A stretch of 32,000 nucleotides of DNA. It comes from Acaryochloris marina MBIC11017 (GTDB taxonomy: Bacteria > Cyanobacteriota > Cyanobacteriia > Thermosynechococcales > Thermosynechococcaceae). The notes under the pieces were generated by a model. The model was not told where the DNA came from. It ran no database searches and worked only from the letters and a program-made list of their open reading frames with translations. The position numbers and the translations under genes are program-made. This document shows, piece by piece, positions 17,441 through 26,870 of the stretch. Location of the stretch: NCBI RefSeq assembly GCF_000018105.1, contig NC_009925.1, positions 5,760,001 to 5,792,000 on the forward strand, read 5' to 3'. Positions within the stretch are counted from its first letter, which is position 1; the number at the start of each line of letters is the position of its first letter.

Positions 17441-20400
17441 ATGAAAGACCCTAAAGGGATTTCCCTAGATCTGGCACCAGAGAGTAATGAGCAGGTATTT
17501 GGACCGGCATTGCATAACATTTCTTCCTCCTCAAAATTGGATGATGGTCAGGATGCTGTTCATTATGCTCGACGCTTGCAAACCCTTTCGAGCAGTATCA
17601 GCCGGATTCGGAAATTACTAGACTTAACGGCTATTTTGGAGGCGACGGCTGAAGAGGCACGAACTGTTCTAAATGCAGATCGCGTAGCAGTGTTTCAGCT
17701 GGAGCGAGACAATCAATCTCGCGGGGCATTTGTGGCTCAATCTGTTGCTAGTAATTGTTCATCCATACTGGGGCAACCAGCTTGTGACCACTATTTTGGC
17801 GATCGCTTTGTGGCTGCCTATCGACAAGGAAGATACCAAGCTCTAGCGGATGTTGAGTCAGGTGAAATTAGCGAGTGTCATGCTGATATTTTAAGAAAAT
17901 TGCAGATCAGGGCCAATTTAGTGGTTCCTGTCTTGCAAGAAAAATATCTTTGGGGGTTGTTATGTGTCCATCAATGTCATACCCCCCGTGAATGGCAGCA
18001 AGAGGACATTCAGTTTGTTCAGAATTTAGCAGAGCATTTTGGAGTTGCCGTTTCTCAAGCAGAGTTGATTCAAGAAGAAAAAGTTAGAACTCATCAACTT
18101 TCTGCTGCATTAGAGCGAGAGAAACGTTTAACGGAAACCTTTGGTAAGATCCATCAATCCTTGGGAATTGATGCCCTGATTCGCTCGGCAACGGTGGAAT
18201 TACAGCATCTACTGGATGTGGATCGGGTGGCAGTCTTTCAATTTAAATCAAACCAATTGAGGCAAGGGGAATATATTGCTGAACAAGTCAGGGAAGGCAG
18301 GACGTCAATATTGACGGAACCCACTTGCGATCGCAACTATTGCCAGCAACTCGCAAACCTCGTTCGAGAACAGACCCCGCAGGTCATTTCAAATATCGAT
18401 ACCACTCTAGAAGAAGGAAGCTTTAAAGCTCACCTACAGCATTTCGACGTAAAAACTCTCTTGTTATTACCGTTATCCCAAGAGAATTCTCTTTGGGGAT
18501 GTCTAGTCATTCATCAATGTGCAAATATTCGAGAATGGTTAGAGGATGATCTGAGATATTGCCAGCAAATTAGTGAACAACTGAGTGCTGCTCTTACCCA
18601 GGCTGCTTCAGTTGATCAAGTCTACCAACAGAGTATAGAACTCAAAAAAACGACGGAGCATCAAAAAGTATTAGTAGACACCATTGATAAGGTGCGGCAA
18701 TCTCTAGATACGGATGTTGTTTTTCAGACGGCTACAGAAGAAGTCTTAAAACTGATCAACGTAGATCGAATTGCCATTGCCCAGTTCAATTCTAGTTGGG
18801 GTTACTCGTTTATTGCCGAATCCTTTAAGTATGGTTGTTCTCCTTTAGTTGGAAATATCCCGCCCATCGAAGATGCATATTTGCAAGCTTCCCAGGGGGG
18901 GAATTTCGTTAATCATGAAATTGATATTATTGATGATATTTATGCAGCTGACCTGGCAAAGTATCAACTCAAGTTATGGGAAACCTTAGATGTCAAAGCT
19001 TGTGCTTTGGCCCCCATCTTTTTAGGCGAACAGCTATGGGGGTTGTTTGGTGCATTTCAAAATTCTAAGTCTCGGCATTGGTCCCAGGATGAGATTAGTT
19101 TATTGACGCAGGTCGCAGCCCAACTTGGCGTGGCCTTACAACAGGGAAATTACCTCCAAGAACTCAAAGAAAAAACAGCTCAACTTAATCAAGCAGCTGA
19201 ACGGCAAAAGTCTTTAGCCAAAACGATTGATAAAATCAGGCAATCTCTGAATATTGATGATATTTTTCAGACGACAACGGTTGAAGTTCGTCAATTGCTA
19301 GGAGTGGACCGGGTGGCTATTTATCGGTTCAATTCAGATTGGAGTGGCTCCTTTGTGGCGGATTCCATTGTGGATGGATGGGCGCCTAATCTGAATCCTC
19401 AAGCTCCTGTAGAAACCGTATTGGCAAAGTTAGACAAAGAAGGGACTTATCCCCGTCATGAAACCTTTGTCCCCATTGTGTTGGGAGATAAGTTTTGGGG
19501 ATTATTAATTGCCTACCAAAGCGCAAGACCCCGTTACTGGCAGGAGGATGAAGCATCCTTATTGGCCCAAGTTGGAAATCAATTGGGCGTAGCCCTCCAA
19601 CAAGCAGAACTCTTAAAGCAAACTCAACAACAGGCCGCCGATTTACAGCAGGCACTGCAAGAGTTAGAGACAACCCAGTCCCTGCTGATGCAGGGAGAAA
19701 AAATTGCCATTAATCAGGCCTATTTATTGAAGCAAGAACGAGAAAATAACCGACTCTTGAAAGAAGCTCGAAAAGCCGCAGAAGAGGCTGTCCAAGCCAA
19801 GAGTGAGTTCCTCGCCAATATGAGCCACGAAATTAAAACCCCTATGAATGGGGCTTTGGGGATGGCAGGGTTGTTATTAGATACAGAACTACAGTCTGAG
19901 CAACGCAACTTTGTGGAAACGATTCAGAACTGTGGGGATTCGTTGATGGTAATTATCAACGATATTCTCGATTTCTCCAAAATTGAAGCAGGAAAGCTTG
20001 ATTTAGAGGAATGTTCCTTCAACTTACGAACCTGCATTGAAGAAGCCTTAGATTTATTGGCAGTGAAAGCGGCGCAAAAGCAGTTGGAACTCAATTACCT
20101 TTGGCATGCCGACATCACAGAACAGGTAGAGGGGGACCCAACTCGGTTACGTCAAATTCTGGTCAACTTGATAGGGAATGCCATTAAGTTTACAAATGTG
20201 GGAGAGGTGACGGTAGCCGTTGGTGCCCGTGAAATACAACATGTTTGTGCTTTAGATCCTCAAAAAATTGCCGAAGAGGTTCAGCACTTTGAAGTGGAAA
20301 TTGCGGTGAATGATACGGGGATTGGGATACCACCGGACAATATGAGTCGTTTGTTTGACTCTTTTAGCCAAGTTGACTCATCCATTACTCGGCAGTATGG

Positions 20401-21397
20401 GGGGACAGGCTTGGCGCTCACGATCAGTAAACACTTATGTGAACTGATGGGGGGACGAATGTGGGTTAGAAGTGAGGTTGGGAAGGGCTCTAGCTTTGCC
20501 TTTACGGTGCAACTACAAGTCAAGCCAGAGTCAGCAGGATTGGCAGCCGAAACCCGGACTCCAGCACTCGCCAACAAACGAGTCTTAATTGTTGATGACA
20601 ATGTAACTAGTCGAAGACTGCTCACCCAACAAACCATTGACTGGGGAATGAAACCAAAATCGGCAAACTCGGTGGAGGACGCCCTTAAAATGTTGCAGAA
20701 TGTGCCGGAGCCTTTTGATGTTGCCATCATTGATTGGCAAATGCCTCAAAAGGATGGAGGCGTTTTGGCCCAAGAAATTCGGAATCGATCGGCCTTAGCC
20801 TCAATGCCTTTGATTGTATTGTCCACGGTGATTGATTCAAAACTGAAAGCTGAAAATAAATTGCTCTTTCAAGCTCGATGCCATAAACCAATTAAGCCAA
20901 AACTATTACGACAATCATTACTGGACGTATTTGCAGCACCAGAACTCTCTAGGAAAGTGCCTCAATCCACTGCCCCTAAGATTGATGAAGAGTTAGCTCA
21001 GCAATTCCCCTTAAAGATATTAGTGGCTGAAGATGTGGTTGTGAACCAAAAATTAGTACTGCTGCTGTTACAGAAAATGGGATACCGGGCTGATGTTGTT
21101 CAAAATGGATTGGAAGCTTTAGATGCCCTACATCGACAACCTTATGATTTAATTCTGATGGATATGCAGATGCCCGAAATGGATGGGTTGACCGCTGCTC
21201 GTCAGATTTGTGAGGAGTATTCGGAGGCTGAAAGACCCTATATTATTGCGTTGACGGCTAATGCAATGCAAGGGGACCGACAAAGATGCTTAGATGCTGG
21301 AATGAATGCTTATATTAGTAAACCCATTCAAGTCGAAGAGCTAGTCAGAGCCATTCAGGCTATTCCCCAGAAGACGTCTCAGAACCAAGCAGCTTGA
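17441..21397 (+). CDS. Hybrid sensor histidine kinase: 4 GAF domains, coiled coil, HisKA, HATPase_c, 2 receiver domains (1318 aa)
   Basis: Approximate GAF domains: aa 53-210, 232-386, 412-567, 592-722. Each begins with DR(V/I)A(V/I) and ends with LWG..(x)..HQ...R.W. H-box [12 protein letters not shown] (His796, 19826-19828). N-box GNAIKFT, G1 DTGIGI, G2 GGTGLAL. REC1 has VLIVDDN...IIDWQMP (Asp1098, 20732-20734). REC2 has ILVAEDV...LILMDMQMP (Asp1241, 21161-21163). Confidence 0.92.
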   Translation: MKDPKGISLDLAPESNEQVFGPALHNISSSSKLDDGQDAVHYARRLQTLSSSISRIRKLLDLTAILEATAEEARTVLNADRVAVFQLERDNQSRGAFVAQSVASNCSSILGQPACDHYFGDRFVAAYRQGRYQALADVESGEISECHADILRKLQIRANLVVPVLQEKYLWGLLCVHQCHTPREWQQEDIQFVQNLAEHFGVAVSQAELIQEEKVRTHQLSAALEREKRLTETFGKIHQSLGIDALIRSATVELQHLLDVDRVAVFQFKSNQLRQGEYIAEQVREGRTSILTEPTCDRNYCQQLANLVREQTPQVISNIDTTLEEGSFKAHLQHFDVKTLLLLPLSQENSLWGCLVIHQCANIREWLEDDLRYCQQISEQLSAALTQAASVDQVYQQSIELKKTTEHQKVLVDTIDKVRQSLDTDVVFQTATEEVLKLINVDRIAIAQFNSSWGYSFIAESFKYGCSPLVGNIPPIEDAYLQASQGGNFVNHEIDIIDDIYAADLAKYQLKLWETLDVKACALAPIFLGEQLWGLFGAFQNSKSRHWSQDEISLLTQVAAQLGVALQQGNYLQELKEKTAQLNQAAERQKSLAKTIDKIRQSLNIDDIFQTTTVEVRQLLGVDRVAIYRFNSDWSGSFVADSIVDGWAPNLNPQAPVETVLAKLDKEGTYPRHETFVPIVLGDKFWGLLIAYQSARPRYWQEDEASLLAQVGNQLGVALQQAELLKQTQQQAADLQQALQELETTQSLLMQGEKIAINQAYLLKQERENNRLLKEARKAAEEAVQAKSEFLANMSHEIKTPMNGALGMAGLLLDTELQSEQRNFVETIQNCGDSLMVIINDILDFSKIEAGKLDLEECSFNLRTCIEEALDLLAVKAAQKQLELNYLWHADITEQVEGDPTRLRQILVNLIGNAIKFTNVGEVTVAVGAREIQHVCALDPQKIAEEVQHFEVEIAVNDTGIGIPPDNMSRLFDSFSQVDSSITRQYGGTGLALTISKHLCELMGGRMWVRSEVGKGSSFAFTVQLQVKPESAGLAAETRTPALANKRVLIVDDNVTSRRLLTQQTIDWGMKPKSANSVEDALKMLQNVPEPFDVAIIDWQMPQKDGGVLAQEIRNRSALASMPLIVLSTVIDSKLKAENKLLFQARCHKPIKPKLLRQSLLDVFAAPELSRKVPQSTAPKIDEELAQQFPLKILVAEDVVVNQKLVLLLLQKMGYRADVVQNGLEALDALHRQPYDLILMDMQMPEMDGLTAARQICEEYSEAERPYIIALTANAMQGDRQRCLDAGMNAYISKPIQVEELVRAIQAIPQKTSQNQAA
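17597..18070 (+). other. GAF1: phytochrome/cyanobacteriochrome-like GAF retaining the canonical Cys-His
   Basis: The segment ...[59 protein letters not shown] matches the remembered CBCR pattern (CH...L...(V/I)(K/R)ANLVVP(I/V)L). Cys146 is at 17876-17878. An extra Cys115 lies in ACDHYF (17783-17785). Confidence 0.55.
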
Positions 21398-21452
21398 AAG
21401 GAACGGAATCTACAGTGAAAGTGAAGCGCGTAGAAATGAGATCGTAACGAGT

Positions 21453-22058
21453 ATGTTGCAGGTCAAAGGAACTGAGGGATATTCGGCAGCGACCGAGCGG
21501 TTTATGACAGCGACTCATAAAATCGCATTTCAAGACCTGCATCAATCTTTCCTTAAGTTCATCCCCACAGATTCATCCAATGTACTGGATGTTGGCTCAG
21601 GGATTGGCCGGGATGCTGCTGCGCTTGCCGATATGGGACATACCGTAGTTGCAGTAGAACCCACTAGCGAATTTCTATCGGCTGCACAAAAACTCTATGG
21701 TACAAGCATTGAGTGGATCAATGACTCGTTCCCATTCTTGCCCAGCCTTGGAGATCGAAATGAAGGGTTTGACTTTGTTCTAGCCTCAGCCGTGTGGCAT
21801 CATCTCGATCAGCATGAACGCAGGATTACCTTATCGCGCATTGCTGATTTGCTGAGACCCACAGGAATTTTTGCTCTTTCTCTGCGTCATGATCCTGCTG
21901 GAGTAGGCACACATATATTTCCTACGGATGGACAGGAAACAGTGCGAGATGCAGAAAGAGTGAATTTGAAGCCGCTACAGGTATTGGGAAACCAGCCCAG
22001 CTTGGTCAAAGGCAAGAGAAATGTGACTTGGACCCGAATTGTTCTACAAAAAATCTGA
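21453..22058 (+). CDS. Class I SAM-dependent methyltransferase (201 aa)
   Basis: Motif I is VLDVGSGIGRDA, with acidic post-I VVAVEP and motif II-like FDFVLASAVWHHL. Confidence 0.75.
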   Translation: MLQVKGTEGYSAATERFMTATHKIAFQDLHQSFLKFIPTDSSNVLDVGSGIGRDAAALADMGHTVVAVEPTSEFLSAAQKLYGTSIEWINDSFPFLPSLGDRNEGFDFVLASAVWHHLDQHERRITLSRIADLLRPTGIFALSLRHDPAGVGTHIFPTDGQETVRDAERVNLKPLQVLGNQPSLVKGKRNVTWTRIVLQKI

Positions 22059-22101
22059 GAGAGCTAACTCAGTTATCAAGTTTGAAGTTGGTATTGGTAA
22101 T

Positions 22102-22689
22102 TTAAGCACTCTTTCTGGCGATGAACTGGACGACGGAGGCCATACCGGTGTGATATTTCCCTTCAAGGACTTCGCGTTCCAGTTCCCTCATGAGTATGGG
22201 TTCGCAGTTGGGGAATTCACGTTCAACTTTGGCACAGGTCATCAACATATCAAGGTCTTTTGGACCGCCTGTGTCGCGAGTAATTTGGTTTTCTGAGTAG
22301 GCCTCTAACAGGATGATACCGTTGGGTTTTAGGCATTGCTCCACTAATGGGTAAAGCCTGTTGCGAATTGTGCTGGGAAGATGGGCTGAGATTGAAATAA
22401 CCGATCCGTAATGATGTGCTGGTGGTTCAAACAGGCCAAGATCAGCCACTTCTGTTTGGATGTCTACGCCTTTGGCTTGAGCCAACTTGAGGGCTTTGGC
22501 AAGGCCCACTTCTGAGCCATCAATGCCAAGGACTGAAAATCCTAATGAGGCTAGAAATACAGCATTCCGTCCTTCTCCTTCAGCTAAGGATAAGATTGGG
22601 TTACTGAGCATGTCTGCATGTTCAGCCAGGAAGGAATTCGGTTCCGTTCCATAAATATAGTCGTCGTTAGCGTAACGTTGATTCCACAT
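22102..22689 (-). CDS. Class I SAM-dependent methyltransferase (195 aa, TehB-like layout)
   Basis: The N-terminus is WNQRYANDDYIYGTEPNSFL. The motif I variant is ILSLAEGEGRNAVFLASLGFSVLGIDGS. It is convergent with the preceding methyltransferase, with a 43-nt gap. Confidence 0.75.
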   Translation of the reverse strand: MWNQRYANDDYIYGTEPNSFLAEHADMLSNPILSLAEGEGRNAVFLASLGFSVLGIDGSEVGLAKALKLAQAKGVDIQTEVADLGLFEPPAHHYGSVISISAHLPSTIRNRLYPLVEQCLKPNGIILLEAYSENQITRDTGGPKDLDMLMTCAKVEREFPNCEPILMRELEREVLEGKYHTGMASVVQFIARKSA

Positions 22690-22831
22690 CTCTTATTCGT
22701 CAATCTAATTTGGGCAGTTCAAAAAGCGAGTTGCAGTTGATGAAATAGCTGGGGCACTGTTGATCAAAGAGTTTTGTCATTTTCTGAAGGGTTGAACAGG
22801 GAATGAGCATGTATAGGCAGAATTCCGGGAT

Positions 22832-23425
22832 TTAGGAAATTATTAAAAGGGATTGTTGGCATCGCTGATGTCGGTCGTTGGCGAATGCATTTTTATCGTC
22901 TAACCAAAACTGAACACCACAATATGGGCATTGGATCCACCGCTCGGAGTTTGCCTTAACCCTTAATGCGGGTCGTTGATTGGAAAAAGAGAATCTCAGG
23001 TCGATTTTCTCAAAGATAGACTTAGGCCAGAGAACCTTGGCTTTCTCGATTGCTTTTTGCTCACGTTCTGAGAAAAAAGTATGCCATTGGACGGGGGAAC
23101 TGGCAGTTGAATAACCAAGCTCAAGATATTTTCTGACGGATAGTGGAAACTGTAGCACTTGTGCGATGACAGGGTCTGGAAAACTATCTTCAAACAACTT
23201 TTTCTCAAAGTAGGTCTGGCACCCAGATATCGTTAACTGCACCTCACCTGGGATGGAATTATGTTCAACAGTTTTAAAGGTATGGGTTGAGTTAAGGGAC
23301 CCGTCGGGATAATGGTGCTTGATTCCCTGGATCTGTTCTTGCCACTCGTTCCAACCAATTTGAATGGCATTTAGATCGTCTAGGGTAAAACCGATGGGTG
23401 AGTGTAGGTAGAATGTTGTGGACAT
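22832..23425 (-). CDS. Hypothetical protein (197 aa) with a C-terminal CxxC...HxxC zinc-ribbon-like motif
   Basis: The ORF starts with ATG and no family was recognised. The C-terminus contains CPYCGVQFW...DRHQRC. It is flanked by AT-rich non-coding DNA. Confidence 0.5.
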   Translation of the reverse strand: MSTTFYLHSPIGFTLDDLNAIQIGWNEWQEQIQGIKHHYPDGSLNSTHTFKTVEHNSIPGEVQLTISGCQTYFEKKLFEDSFPDPVIAQVLQFPLSVRKYLELGYSTASSPVQWHTFFSEREQKAIEKAKVLWPKSIFEKIDLRFSFSNQRPALRVKANSERWIQCPYCGVQFWLDDKNAFANDRHQRCQQSLLIIS

Positions 23426-24057
23426 TTTACGAATGCCTGATCTTCATATTGCCAACATTCAGTTACGATGGGCAAGCGCTGTGTTTGGAGCTCTTGTATT
23501 TAATTTGCCACAGATCTTCTCACGGCATCAGCGGTAACACTCGTCTATTCCATAGCATCAACGCCGTTTTTTTGTATAAGTTTAAAAATCTATATCTAAA
23601 GATAAGATTGAAACCTTGTTTTTTGGCCTTAGCTTTTCGTGATATCTAGGTAGAAGATAGCTAGAAAATATACCAGTTTAAAAAACAATCCACCACCATG
23701 TTTTTACAGCTTAGGGAATGGAAGATTATTGAGTTATTTTTCCTGTTGAGTAGACCATTTAACAGTTTAAGCTACATTCTGATGACAAGATTTGGTACCT
23801 GGTTTGGAATCTCGCCCTTGCTGCTTATATCGATATAGCTCAACACCTCCCTATCTTTAAAATCTCTTGAAGAAGGCTTTTTTAGACAGCTTCACTTGAA
23901 CTCAAGATTAGTAAATTTTCAATATCTATTGGGAAATTATGGGATGCTTAAGATAAGGTTCTTAGGGTTTTTTATTCAATGAGCGCTAAGGGCTAAATTG
24001 TCAAAAGAACTACAGACCCCGTATTTGTAGGGCTAAGGATAATTCAGGGGGGATAAG

Positions 24058-24684
24058 ATGTATATTATCCAGTCAGCGAATTTAATGGCGCGGGGCATAT
24101 TGACGGATCAATCTGCTTCACTCATGATTCGAGGGAGATGGTTTAGACCTGGCCCTGCATTTGCCCAATCATTGCGTCAAATAGCAATTGAGTTTTGTGA
24201 AGAGTCACTTTCTCAGGGACGACAATACATACTGATTGAATTTCCCTTGTACTTTATGGCTTGGCGTCGTTTTCGTCCCAATCAAGAGACTCAAGCCCAA
24301 TCGAGCAAGTCTTTGAAATTCACGGTAAATCCACAACAAGTGAGACCTACAACCTATCAGTGGTCACCCGCTTTTACAAAGCCCACTTTCCCAAATAAAC
24401 AGTTTTCTCAATCAGATCGAGATAAAGAAAGAATCAAAACTCCAAAATTAGGTGGTGCTGGAATTGATCATGTGTTGATCAAACAGTGTAAAGCAGAGCT
24501 AGCGATCCATATTGGCCCCATGGCCGACTATATTACAGAACAAACATTAAATAATTCGGCTCAACTGAGTTCTGAGCAACTTATTGCAGCCCTCGCTGCC
24601 CACATCCCGAATACGAAAGCAGGTCTCTTATTTAGGTGGACTTTAACAAAAAAAATGCAGGACCTGAATAATAAGCATGTTTAG
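24058..24684 (+). CDS. Hypothetical protein (208 aa)
   Basis: The ATG is preceded by GGGGGGATAAG. From memory only, the C-terminal module QCKAELAIHIGPMADYITEQTL...SSEQLIAALAAHIP resembles a helical module seen at the C-termini of some cyanobacterial Ser/Thr kinases. This is unverified. Confidence 0.5.
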   Translation: MYIIQSANLMARGILTDQSASLMIRGRWFRPGPAFAQSLRQIAIEFCEESLSQGRQYILIEFPLYFMAWRRFRPNQETQAQSSKSLKFTVNPQQVRPTTYQWSPAFTKPTFPNKQFSQSDRDKERIKTPKLGGAGIDHVLIKQCKAELAIHIGPMADYITEQTLNNSAQLSSEQLIAALAAHIPNTKAGLLFRWTLTKKMQDLNNKHV

Positions 24685-24875
24685 AGTAATAGCATTTTAT
24701 CCAGGGCAAGTTCATTACCTGAACTACGAGAATTGTGTGCGCTGTTTTTTGGAGTTGCGATCGCATTCCCACTACCGAGCCTAACCTAGCTTACGGATGC
24801 TTGAGTAATCTGGGTTACGCCAATTCAACCCTCAGAGATGTGAAAATCTAACAGCAAAACAATGGGCAGCCCATC

Positions 24876-26180
24876 ATGGATCGACAAAGAGCAATCGGAG
24901 CCACGCTGATCCTTGCATTTATTTCCCTAGCAGGCTGCATATCGCTGCAATCTTCTCAGGCACAAAAGTCTCCCTCTCAAAAAAATAAGGCCAGGCAATC
25001 TATCACACTACGGAATGGTGCCATGACCCAGGGAACGACTGTCCCAAACTATTGGCATCAGCAGTGGGTGGGCAAAGGCAAGATATCTGTTACACGGGAT
25101 ACTCAAATCTTTAAACAGGGGCCTGCGGCCTTAAAAGTAGCCAGTACTTCTGGCCCGGCAAAAGGACAAGCCTTTCAACTGATCCAAGGTTCACCCAATC
25201 AATCTTTCACTATCAGTGGTTTTGCCAAATCAACTGGAAGGGTCAAGGTCAATGTTGCGATTCAGTCCTTCTCTAAAAAATCGCGTCCCCTCCAATTCCG
25301 GCAAGTCCAGTATCTCCACAATACCCAAGACTGGAGTTCCTTCTCTCAGGAGGTGACCTTACCGCCCAAGACCCATAAGTTTGGCATTGTGCTCCTAATA
25401 GAAGGTGAAGGAGAAGCTTGGTTAGATGAAGTCAAGTTGACTGGCACTAATGTGAAAAATATTGCCGGGAAGCTTGAACAAGCGTCTGCTCCAAACCAGC
25501 AAGATTCCACTGTTGTTAAGAAACAGCAAAATCCTACGGTTCCTACACCGGGTCACTACCCAAAGTTTCCCCAAGCCTGGCAAAAGCTTCACCAACAACA
25601 TCTCCAACAAACTCAGAAACGCGAAATCAATGTTGTCTTTCTGGGAGATTCGATTACTCGGGGATGGCAAAAACATAAAAAGCTCTGGCAGAAACACTAT
25701 GGCAAACTTGATGCGGTCAATTTTGGTATTGGTGGCGATCGTACCCAACAAGTTCTCTGGCGAATAAACAATGGCTTATTTGATCAGATCCAGCCCCAGT
25801 TGGTTGTTCTCAATATTGGTGTCAATAATCTCTGGCAAGATGGTTATGGTTCAGAACAGATTGCTGCAGGAATTGAGAAGATTGTTGCTGCCATCCACAC
25901 TAAAAGCCCAAAAACAAAAATTCTGCTGCTTGGAATTTTACCGACAGGTAAGCAATTAAATGCTCCAAAAAGAGAAAAAATTCAGGCTATTAATAGCAAA
26001 ATTAGACAGCTCGATAATGGCTCGACAATCCGATTTTTAGATATGGGTTCAAACTTCTTGGAACCTGATGGTTCAATTTCTAAAGACGTTATGCCAGACT
26101 ATTTGCATTTATCCAGGCAAGGCTATCAAATTTGGGCTACATCAATGGAAAAAACATTAAGTGAGATGTTGAATGAGTAA
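24876..26180 (+). CDS. Lipoprotein SGNH/GDSL hydrolase (esterase) with an N-terminal CBM-like beta-sandwich module
   Basis: A lipobox is present (ISLAGC, Cys at about aa 21). SGNH blocks I-III and V are present: VVFLGDSITRGW, FGIGGDRT, GVNNLW, DYLHLS. The N-terminal 170 aa has a CBM_4_9-like look (...GFAKSTGRVKVNVAIQ...AWLDEVKL). Confidence 0.8.
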   Translation: MDRQRAIGATLILAFISLAGCISLQSSQAQKSPSQKNKARQSITLRNGAMTQGTTVPNYWHQQWVGKGKISVTRDTQIFKQGPAALKVASTSGPAKGQAFQLIQGSPNQSFTISGFAKSTGRVKVNVAIQSFSKKSRPLQFRQVQYLHNTQDWSSFSQEVTLPPKTHKFGIVLLIEGEGEAWLDEVKLTGTNVKNIAGKLEQASAPNQQDSTVVKKQQNPTVPTPGHYPKFPQAWQKLHQQHLQQTQKREINVVFLGDSITRGWQKHKKLWQKHYGKLDAVNFGIGGDRTQQVLWRINNGLFDQIQPQLVVLNIGVNNLWQDGYGSEQIAAGIEKIVAAIHTKSPKTKILLLGILPTGKQLNAPKREKIQAINSKIRQLDNGSTIRFLDMGSNFLEPDGSISKDVMPDYLHLSRQGYQIWATSMEKTLSEMLNE

Positions 26181-26792
26181 TTTTATCATCTCTTTATTAG
26201 ATTTTTATCAAATGCTGACATTTCAGATATCTCTGTCAGTACGGCAATTAGGCTGGGAATCATATAAATAAGAATTAGCGATTGTTCTAAAGCTAAAACA
26301 TCAGAATCTATTTGCTAAATGCAATAAATTTTTATTGGATAAAAATTGTGTTGTTTTAGTTTAAAGGGCGCAAAATATTTGCAAGTCCTCATCGGATTCT
26401 TTAGTGCTCTCTAGCAAGTTAGAAGAAGAGAGTTTTTATTAGTTGAGCATATTTGTGAGCGCGAGTCATAAATGTTGAGGGGATTCGAAATGTCAATAAT
26501 CTTAGTCAGATCAGTATCCATAAAACGTAGCCGACTGGACTCATATCCGATATCGAGAGCGTTAGGTCATACAAGATAGTATCTCTACAGCAAATATCTT
26601 TGCTACTACTATCACAGAAATCAGGCTGATTAGCTATTACGAATCCAAAACTATTCAGGTTGTGGTCGTCTATGACCTGTGGTGTCACTACTCTAATTTC
26701 ACTTAGTCACCACTAAATAAAAAACAAAGATAGTGAGTTCAAGTAAAAGTTCTCACTGATATCTATAGCTGTTTTCCTCTGATTATAAAAAT

Positions 26793-26814
26793 ATCCCTTT
26801 TGTAGAAAAGGGAT
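26793..26814 (+). other. Perfect 9-bp stem / 4-nt loop hairpin in the leader of the RTX-repeat gene
   Basis: Arms are atccctttt (26793-26801) and aaaagggat (26806-26814), with loop gtag. The hairpin lies 57 nt upstream of the ATG at 26871. Confidence 0.35.
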
Positions 26815-26870
26815 GGAATATTTTCTGACTAAAAATAGATCAATTATTGAGGATATAAAAATAAGAGAAA

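Noticed and set aside
22039-22296. An 85-aa plus-strand ORF overlapping the 3' part of the minus-strand methyltransferase
   Set aside because: It overlaps a motif-supported methyltransferase frame and has no motifs of its own.
23698-23838. A 46-aa hydrophobic small ORF (MFLQLREWKIIELFFLLSRPF...) in the 632-bp gap
   Set aside because: It has no Shine-Dalgarno sequence (the upstream sequence is aacaatccaccacc). Its AT-rich codon content is expected for non-coding DNA. I cannot support it without conservation or ribosome-profiling data.
26506-26688. A 60-aa ORF on the minus strand inside the AT-rich gap
   Set aside because: It has no ribosome-binding site and no motif. It sits in a region where stop-free runs of this length are plausible by chance, and it is isolated from neighbouring genes.
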